This document shows positions 25,741 through 32,000 of a stretch of 32,000 nucleotides of DNA, piece after piece. The position numbers were made by a program, and so were the translations under genes. Where the stretch lies: NCBI RefSeq assembly GCF_000020025.1, contig NC_010628.1, forward strand, positions 7,080,001-7,112,000, read 5' to 3'. Under the pieces are notes generated by a model. That model did not search any database. It was not told the origin of the DNA and saw only the letters and a program-made list of their open reading frames with translations. The DNA is from Nostoc punctiforme PCC 73102. GTDB lineage: Bacteria > Cyanobacteriota > Cyanobacteriia > Cyanobacteriales > Nostocaceae. Position 1 is the first letter of the stretch; every line of letters starts with the position of its first letter.

Positions 25741-28227
25741 TAAATGTTGATAAATTGATGCTAATTCTCTTTCGTCTTCTGCGGGACAAAAATTTAAAGC
25801 TTGTTGGTAATAGCTTAATGCTTGATCAACCTCACCCATTTGGTGTTTAGAATAAGCCATTTCTTTGAGAACACTATGATTTTTAGTAATTTCTAATGTT
25901 GATTTGCACAGATGTATTGCTTCCCGAAAACGGCTTTGATGCAACAAGTGGTTCGCCAATGAACTAGCTATTTTCCCCACAATTTCTTCATCCTTCCCCA
26001 ACAAAGCCAAGCGATGAATTTCTAACTTTTGTGACTCCGTAGCAGTTTCCTCTTCCCACCACAGACGATACAAAATTTGTGCAGCTTGTTTATACAACTC
26101 TTCACCCTTGGGGTTTTCTGGAAACTCTAGCAACGGTGACAAAATCCGGGGAACACGATACAACCTCTCTGTGTTGTTAGTCAGCGTAACTTCCAACAAA
26201 CCCAAAATTTCAGCGCGTTGAATATGACTTTCCCAACTTGAGATATCCTCACAAATCGGCTTAATAGCAGCTTGAGGAACAGGTAACTCATACACCAACA
26301 ACTTCCCCAGCATAAGACGCAAAGCTGGAGTTTGCTGCTTCAGCAATTCCTGTGCCAAAATATCCTCACGAAATTCCTTTTCCTTATCTGCCATCTTTTG
26401 CAGAATCATCTCAACTCCCCTCTCCGCTTCTGCCGACTTCGGGGAATTTTGCAAAATCTTATCTAACCATTCCAACAGCCGAGGATTTCCATTTGCTGCT
26501 TGTTTGGCACGTTCCGGCAAATCTGGCTGAAATTGCCAACTGCCATTAAACGAATCCAGACGATTACACTTTTTAATTAAATCTGCCCCACCCAAAGCCC
26601 CCAGAGGTTCGCGGTACAGACGATGATTCAGTTCCGACAATGTGAAATCGTAGCGACAGGTAATAATTACCTTGTGGGGAAGTTGGGAATTTTGCATCGC
26701 CTTCAGCAACGCCAGCAGTACATCTACAACTTGTGGTTGCAACAAATAAACCCCATTGCGTAATTCCAAATTCGCCTCAAAGTCATCCAGCACAAAAACA
26801 AAGCGCTGTTCTTTGGTATTGAGTCCTTCAGTGAAAAACTTGGTGAGGCGCTGCATCAACGGTAATTTGCCATTGAGAATTTCATGCCCCCGTTCCGAGG
26901 TACATTGTTCAGCAAGGGTTTTGAGCAATTTGTCCTCATCTAGTTGCCGAAAGTTCACCAGCCTGTGATAGCCAACCATCCTTTCTAGAAGTCGCGCCGT
27001 CACAGTACTCTTACCCACACCCCCCATTCCGTGGATGAGTACCCCCAATGAAGTGCGAATAGCTTTGAGACAACGTTGCAAAGTCCGCCGTCTGCCAACA
27101 AATTCATACGGTTTCGCCACCCGCACCTGTTGGGTATCGGGATCTAAAAACTGTTGGTATGCAGGTTCCGGCGCTGAGGGTGGCAAATCTCCCCACACTT
27201 CCACGAACGCACCCGGACATTCTCCCTGAATATATAACCGTAATAAATGCCAGTCACGCACTTTCTGTTTAAACAACTGCTGGTAAGTGCTAGCGAGTGC
27301 TTGGGCTAATTGATATCCGGCTGCCAATTTGCCGTAGAGATGCGCGGCGGCGGCTGTAGCAGTCCGGTCTTCCACAGGTCGCCCCCAACTTAAAACAGCG
27401 ATCGCCCCTTGTTCAATAAGTGCCTCAGCCATAGAAGGGACAGCGCCTTTATCTGGTGCTTGTCCAGTCCGACACCCAGACAAAAACACCAACTTGGGAA
27501 ACCGAAACCGGAAGACTTCGGCGAGTTCTGCGGCTGTGGTTTCGTGGCGTTCTCCAACTTCCGTCTCAGTGATAAAGTAAGGCGTGTAAGGTGCTTCACT
27601 TTTAATTGAGGCGTGTCCTGTGAGGTGAAACACATCAAAGTCATTAAAATACCGACTCCACACCTTACCCAACTCGCTAACGCAACCGCTTTCTTCCACC
27701 CGCAAATCTACAGCAAAATCTCGCGTATCAGCCAGAATTCTCGCCTCTTCCTGTTCAAACTCTAACTTTGGTTCCACGTCTTCCGGGTCGGTTGCCATAA
27801 ACAATACTCGCAATTGTCGTGGTTCCACGAGAAACCCTGCCGTTTCTTTCTCAATCCAGCGCAGAGGCAAAACCACCGGATTAACCCGCTTGACCAAAAA
27901 ATCCTCACCATCATGCAGAACTTCCCAAGGTAGATGTGCCAATTTTTTATCAGTATCAATGGCAATTACCAACCCCTCACCGCGACAGTCAGCAATTCCC
28001 CGACTCAACCAGCGTCCATCGCTATCTAACCAAAAAAATAACTGGTGCCCGATTCCTGGTAAATTAGGCAGCAGTTTATAGTAATCTCGTTCTCCTTGCT
28101 TGAGGAAATTAGCGATTTCTGCCAATTTCAGACGACGTGATTCATAGTGATTTTTTTGAGGTAGCCAATACCTGAGTTCAACTGTTTCCTGCGTACTTTC
28201 CCGAAGTTGAATGCGGATAGTTTGCAC
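25288..28227 (-). CDS. CHAT (caspase-like protease) - P-loop STAND NTPase (NACHT/NB-ARC-like) - TPR repeat protein
   Basis: CHAT: LRVLFMATDPEDV, DVFHLTGHA (His205, nt 27613-27615), KLVFLSGCRTGQ (Cys252, nt 27472-27474). NTPase: VLIHGMGGVGKSTV Walker A (Lys406, nt 27010-27012) and RFVFVLDDFE Walker B. The C-terminal 40-aa TPR units start around residue 750. The frame ends at TGA 25288-25290 inside the repeat array. The GTG start directly abuts the upstream TAA. Confidence 0.85.
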   Translation of the reverse strand: MQTIRIQLRESTQETVELRYWLPQKNHYESRRLKLAEIANFLKQGERDYYKLLPNLPGIGHQLFFWLDSDGRWLSRGIADCRGEGLVIAIDTDKKLAHLPWEVLHDGEDFLVKRVNPVVLPLRWIEKETAGFLVEPRQLRVLFMATDPEDVEPKLEFEQEEARILADTRDFAVDLRVEESGCVSELGKVWSRYFNDFDVFHLTGHASIKSEAPYTPYFITETEVGERHETTAAELAEVFRFRFPKLVFLSGCRTGQAPDKGAVPSMAEALIEQGAIAVLSWGRPVEDRTATAAAAHLYGKLAAGYQLAQALASTYQQLFKQKVRDWHLLRLYIQGECPGAFVEVWGDLPPSAPEPAYQQFLDPDTQQVRVAKPYEFVGRRRTLQRCLKAIRTSLGVLIHGMGGVGKSTVTARLLERMVGYHRLVNFRQLDEDKLLKTLAEQCTSERGHEILNGKLPLMQRLTKFFTEGLNTKEQRFVFVLDDFEANLELRNGVYLLQPQVVDVLLALLKAMQNSQLPHKVIITCRYDFTLSELNHRLYREPLGALGGADLIKKCNRLDSFNGSWQFQPDLPERAKQAANGNPRLLEWLDKILQNSPKSAEAERGVEMILQKMADKEKEFREDILAQELLKQQTPALRLMLGKLLVYELPVPQAAIKPICEDISSWESHIQRAEILGLLEVTLTNNTERLYRVPRILSPLLEFPENPKGEELYKQAAQILYRLWWEEETATESQKLEIHRLALLGKDEEIVGKIASSLANHLLHQSRFREAIHLCKSTLEITKNHSVLKEMAYSKHQMGEVDQALSYYQQALNFCPAEDERELASIYQHLCMLKDDKGDVDEALALCNQSLEIFERIGNVQCKAEALGCLGNIYAGKGEVDEALALYNQSLEISERIGDVQSKAVTLSCLGNIYAGKGEVDEAIALFNQSLEINERIGNVQSKAATLIQLGNIYADKGEVDEALALYNQSLEIFERIGNV

Positions 28228-28554
28228 TTATTTGCTGAGAGATTTGAGGATTTCCGTGATTTCCTCTAGAGTAGCATCTTCGAGTAAAATCCTGTTTCCA
28301 GTATCAGGGTCAAGAATTACCACATCAAATTGCTTACCTGGATGAGATTTATGCCATTCTTGATACCATTTGCGAATTTGTTCAGCTAAAGCCGCAGCAC
28401 CACCGACAATGCCAATAATAGTAGCAATGGCGGCGAGAGTTCCCTCTCTTTGCGTCGGAACTTCATAGCTTCCCGATATTTCAGGAATTTCTAACAAAGC
28501 CTCGGCTGCTGCTGGTGCGCCTTCACCCTCAATACCGACTTGAATTCCTGCCAT
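28228..28554 (-). CDS. small protein (108 aa) with a central hydrophobic helix, translationally coupled to the CHAT-STAND gene
   Basis: MAGIQVGIEGEG.., then the hydrophobic stretch TLAAIATIIGIVGGAAALA (residues 39-57), then a charged C-terminal part. Its TAA (28228-28230) is immediately followed by the GTG (28227-28225) of the next gene. Confidence 0.6.
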   Translation of the reverse strand: MAGIQVGIEGEGAPAAAEALLEIPEISGSYEVPTQREGTLAAIATIIGIVGGAAALAEQIRKWYQEWHKSHPGKQFDVVILDPDTGNRILLEDATLEEITEILKSLSK

Positions 28555-28738
28555 TAAATACCTACGAATTTATACAAGATTCTGTATATTATCCGTTGAA
28601 TTGGGGATAACATTCCCGCTCATACACAGAGAGAATTGCAAAATATTTACTTAGTGTTGTACCAATTGTCTAAAATAAAACAACAGACCCAAACCTGGAA
28701 ACCCAGATTAAATCTGACTTTTTTAATTTTTAATTGAT

Positions 28739-29323
28739 ATGTCTCTTGCTCCTTGGCGAGGTGCGATCGCTCATGCGCTCCATCGCAACCGCAGCCTTGT
28801 TTATGCCCGTTACCTGCAACTAGCAACAGTGCAACCTAATGGCCGTCCCGCTAATCGTACCCTAGTCTTTCGCGGCTTCCTGGAAGATACAAACCAGCTA
28901 AGATTTATCACCGATACTCGTAGCGCCAAAGCCGACCAGATACAGCAACAACCTTGGGCAGAAATTTGCTGGTACTTTCCCAATACACGAGAACAATTCC
29001 GCATGGCTGGCGATTTGACCCTAATCAGCAGTGATGATTCTCACCAGGATTTACAGCCAGCCCGGATCGCAATGTGGCAAGAATTAAGTGATGCGGCGCG
29101 TTTACAGTTTGGTTGGCCCTATCCTGGTAAACCCAGAATCAAAGAATCAGGGGCCTTTGAGCCATCACCACCCGATCCTATTGAGCCAGTACCTAATTTT
29201 TGTCTCCTGCTACTCGATCCGGTGCAAGTAGACCATTTAGAATTACGCGGCGAACCACAAAATAGATGGCTTTACCACCGTAATGACCAGCAAGAGTGGT
29301 CTAGCGAAGCAATTAATCCGTGA
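28739..29323 (+). CDS. PPOX-class FMN-dependent flavoprotein (alr4036-type pyridoxamine 5'-phosphate oxidase-related)
   Basis: YLQLATVQPNGRPANRTLVFRGF..LRFITDTRSAKADQI..AEICWYFPNTREQFRMAG fits the PNPOx-like split-barrel pattern of the cyanobacterial alr4036 family. Confidence 0.75.
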   Translation: MSLAPWRGAIAHALHRNRSLVYARYLQLATVQPNGRPANRTLVFRGFLEDTNQLRFITDTRSAKADQIQQQPWAEICWYFPNTREQFRMAGDLTLISSDDSHQDLQPARIAMWQELSDAARLQFGWPYPGKPRIKESGAFEPSPPDPIEPVPNFCLLLLDPVQVDHLELRGEPQNRWLYHRNDQQEWSSEAINP

Positions 29324-29416
29324 TTTAGTCAAGAGTCAAAAGATTGACCCTACGCCTTCCAAGGTGCGTAAAAATTTTGCTAAATAGATTCCTCTATAAG
29401 CTCTATACTCTGTGTA

Positions 29417-29468
29417 CTCTGTGCCTCTGTGGTTAGAAAAAATACTTTTAAACCACAGAGGCACAGAG
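29417..29468. terminator. 18-bp perfect-stem hairpin between convergent PPOX and cysE genes (dispersed-repeat type, probable bidirectional terminator)
   Basis: ctctgtgcctctgtggtt (29417-29434) / 16-nt loop / aaccacagaggcacagag (29451-29468). Confidence 0.6.
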
Positions 29469-29545
29469 ATCGCTGAGAAAAAATAAGAGATTTTACGAGT
29501 CACTTTGAAAGGGCTAAACATTGACCCTTAACCCTTGACTTTTAA

Positions 29546-30310
29546 CTAAATGCCAGCACCATCTAGAAATTGCTGGATGGTCTTATCTTTGAGGTTGCAC
29601 CAGCGAGGATCGTGGGTTGGCTCATCCTCTTTGGTGGCTAAACAACCCACTAAAACAGGAGTTTTTTCTGAAGAATTGGTGCGCTGAAGAGTTTGTATTT
29701 GTTCTTCCAACGCCTCAATCCGGTCTACTAAAGCACGAATTACTTGAGCTTCTGAATCTGGTAAGTTATTGTGTTCAAGAGGTGAAACCCGAACTCCAGA
29801 ACGATACATGATGCGCCCAGGCACCCCTACCACAGTACAGTCTGAAGGTACATCCCTTAGAACAACAGACCCAGCGCCAATACGAACATTATTACCAATT
29901 TGGATATTGCCCAGTACCTTTGCTCCAGCCCCAACTACGACGTTTTCACCAACAGTTGGATGGCGTTTGCCACATTCTTTACCAGTACCTCCAAGGGTAA
30001 CACCTTGATAAATTAGGGCATAGTCTCCCACGATCGTAGTTTCACCAATTACTACACCCATACCGTGGTCAATAAACACACTTTTTCCAATTACTGCACC
30101 AGGGTGGATTTCAATTCCAGTCAAAAACCGAGCCAAGTGAGAAATTAAACGAGGAATAAAGGGAAGACCAACCGTATACAGCCAGTGAGCCAGCCTATGG
30201 AATAGCAGGGCTTGCAAACCAGGGTAACAAAATAAAACTTCCAACCAGTTACGGGCAGCTGGGTCACGTTCAAATATGATACGAAAGTCAGCACGCAGTA
30301 TAGATAGCAC
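29546..30310 (-). CDS. cysE: serine O-acetyltransferase
   Basis: N-terminal SATase helix region ([30 protein letters not shown]) and a hexapeptide left-handed beta-helix region ([43 protein letters not shown]). It also has a cyanobacterial-type C-terminal extension. Confidence 0.9.
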   Translation of the reverse strand: MLSILRADFRIIFERDPAARNWLEVLFCYPGLQALLFHRLAHWLYTVGLPFIPRLISHLARFLTGIEIHPGAVIGKSVFIDHGMGVVIGETTIVGDYALIYQGVTLGGTGKECGKRHPTVGENVVVGAGAKVLGNIQIGNNVRIGAGSVVLRDVPSDCTVVGVPGRIMYRSGVRVSPLEHNNLPDSEAQVIRALVDRIEALEEQIQTLQRTNSSEKTPVLVGCLATKEDEPTHDPRWCNLKDKTIQQFLDGAGI

Positions 30311-30380
30311 GAGATAGCACCCTCGGAAAGCACAACAAGCTACTCTCCCATATTATCGTCTCAGGTGTTACACATAAAAA

Positions 30381-30410
30381 TTGGGAATGAGGAATTGGGA
30401 ATTGGGAATT
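30381..30410. repeat. heptamer tandem repeat (TTGGGAA x4, one copy degenerate)
   Basis: ttgggaa tgaggaa ttgggaa ttgggaa tt read directly, in the cysE upstream region. Confidence 0.7.
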
Positions 30411-30447
30411 AGTTATTCATTCTTCACTCCTAACTTCCCACTCCCTA

Positions 30448-30939
30448 TTACTGCTGCTCCACTGCCAGAGTATAATCACGCTTGACCCCAGAATTAAATG
30501 TACCTACCCAAATCCGATAAGTACCTCTTTTCCAGTTGCGATCGCTAACGCTAGCATCTTTTCTTTTGCCAGTATCATCGCCGCAGCGAATCGTATTTTG
30601 ATCTGGGCCTTGAATGAGTAAAGTTGTGTCGGTATTGTTGCTATCGACTTTGATTGTTAGCTGGGAAAAGTCATTTTCCAAAACCATAATGTGATCTGGA
30701 TTAGGATCGGCAAAACCAATACAGGCTTTTTGGTCGCGATCGCGGTTACTTATGGCAGACAATGAGTAAGAACCACCTGTAAACCCCTGCACTGTTCCTT
30801 GTGCTGGATTAGATGTTGACACGGTAAAAGTACCAAAATTCGCTGCTGTCTCTGCAATTACAGGTGTAGCGGTGATGGTGGCAAGTATAGCCAACAACCA
30901 GCCGCCGCTAAACTGAAGTCGGGGGCGACAAAATTTCAT
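30448..30939 (-). CDS. secreted hypothetical protein
   Basis: Signal peptide (GGWLLAILATITATPVIAETA). The mature part looks beta-rich, and no family was recognised. Confidence 0.5.
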   Translation of the reverse strand: MKFCRPRLQFSGGWLLAILATITATPVIAETAANFGTFTVSTSNPAQGTVQGFTGGSYSLSAISNRDRDQKACIGFADPNPDHIMVLENDFSQLTIKVDSNNTDTTLLIQGPDQNTIRCGDDTGKRKDASVSDRNWKRGTYRIWVGTFNSGVKRDYTLAVEQQ

Positions 30940-31295
30940 AGTAGCCCTCCAACAGGCTGTTAAATTAGTAATGATATATACATATTCTAATGAAAAAATT
31001 CCAGTGAAATTTTCGTTGGTTGTGCCACATTAAAATGTACCACAATAAAGGGTTTTTAAAGCAAACAGCTAATTGCTAGGCTGTCTCTTGATATAAGCAG
31101 CAGCGACCATTCTTCAACTGATGATTTGGATGTGATTACCTCTGTTGGACGCAGGATCTTGCCTCCTAAAGAAAACCCTTAACGGACGATTTAAATAGCA
31201 AATAATACAGTAAATTTACGAAAATCTTACGGTACAGAAAAAGGCAGAAGATAAAATAATTTTTAACCTTCTGCACTTGAGCTTTTATGAAAATC

Positions 31296-32000
31296 TCATG
31301 AATTCTTGAGTTGGAAGAAAACGCCACCTTTGACCGATCGCGTGTCAGTTCCATAACTGCTAACTGTGAGCGATCGCAAATTATCAAAAAACGGTTTCCC
31401 TAAAACTTCCGCTAGCTTGAGAATCGGTACTTGACGCTCTAATAAATTCTGGCTCTTTGTCCAGTCAAGATATATATAGCCTTGGTTTGGTAAGGGAATT
31501 GCAGCAATACTATCTTGGAAATTGGGATTGTCAATTAAGGAATTATCCTTAGTTGTGAGAATTTCATTCATCGTTTCTAAGTCAGAAGTGAAAATTTCGT
31601 AATTTCCTAAAGTTGTATACAATCCCCGCACTTTTGTTTCAATACTGAAAGATGCTCCTTCTTTAGCATCACTTTTTTTAGCCGCCGTAGTTAACTCTGT
31701 CCAAGCGGAGACTTTTTGCTTATCTATAGTCAGAGGATTAATGCTGAGTCCATTGGATGATGCGATCGCATCCAAACGAGCAATACCTTGTTCTACACTC
31801 TCGGATTTTTCCACCACAAAAATCCAATGAGGGGTTGTTTGCTCTTTCTCAGGTAACAATGCTATGGCATATTCTCCCTGTACCCAACTAAAAATATCCT
31901 CTGGTAAGTTTATTCCCCAGCGTTTTTGAACATCCACTAAAGGTTTGGCTAACCGAGAAACCACATCTTCCCCAGAACCATATATAGTAGCTGTTGCTTG
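31296..32000 (-). CDS. hypothetical protein, partial (N-terminus beyond the right window edge)
   Basis: The track ORF 31296-31964 starts at an internal GTG. The same frame stays open to position 32000 (..QATATIYGSGEDVVSRLAK..), so the gene continues outside the window. No motif was confidently recognised. Confidence 0.55.
   Translation of the reverse strand, partial: QATATIYGSGEDVVSRLAKPLVDVQKRWGINLPEDIFSWVQGEYAIALLPEKEQTTPHWIFVVEKSESVEQGIARLDAIASSNGLSINPLTIDKQKVSAWTELTTAAKKSDAKEGASFSIETKVRGLYTTLGNYEIFTSDLETMNEILTTKDNSLIDNPNFQDSIAAIPLPNQGYIYLDWTKSQNLLERQVPILKLAEVLGKPFFDNLRSLTVSSYGTDTRSVKGGVFFQLKNS

Noticed and set aside
29336-29521. 61-aa ORF between the PPOX and cysE genes
   Set aside because: It spans the 18-bp-stem repeat hairpin (29417-29468), so it is most simply a translated intergenic repeat.
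31166-31387. 73-aa minus-strand ORF overlapping the 3' end of the partial gene
   Set aside because: It is AT-rich and low-complexity, and it overlaps the end of the longer, better-supported frame.

Overview
The window looks like chromosomal DNA from a filamentous Nostoc/Anabaena-type cyanobacterium. By eye I counted more than 30 copies of the HIP1 octamer GCGATCGC. There are also STRR-type heptamer tandem repeats, small palindromic dispersed-repeat hairpins and a petL gene. About 30 genes are supported. Housekeeping genes: aroB, petL, bioB, selO, an MsbA-type ABC exporter, smc with a co-oriented PRC-barrel gene, an RNase D-like exonuclease, cysE, an alr4036-type PPOX flavoprotein and a partial tyrosine phenol-lyase/tryptophanase-family lyase at the left edge. 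Accessory or conflict-type genes: Uma2 endonuclease, SMI1/KNR4 (SUKH), a DUF433-DUF5615 toxin-antitoxin-like pair and a DUF559 endonuclease. Two loci stand out. (1) At 28554-24760 (minus strand), a 108-aa protein with a hydrophobic core ends in a TAA that directly abuts the GTG start of a giant CHAT (caspase-like) - P-loop STAND - TPR protein. Its TPR sensor is a 120-bp, highly conserved repeat array with a localized hypervariable patch, and a single in-frame TGA interrupts it. A 10 x 21-bp tandem repeat and an inverted-repeat-bracketed DUF559 cassette follow. (2) At 10458-11735, a single AT-rich gene fuses a TIR domain to a LOG-like SLOG domain. These are the two Thoeris domain types in one polypeptide, with no SIR2 partner nearby. 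Copies of one palindromic mini-element also sit inside the smc coding region in two different reading frames. No tRNA, rRNA, CRISPR array, transposase or integrase was recognised. All homology calls come from reading motifs by eye, not from database searches.
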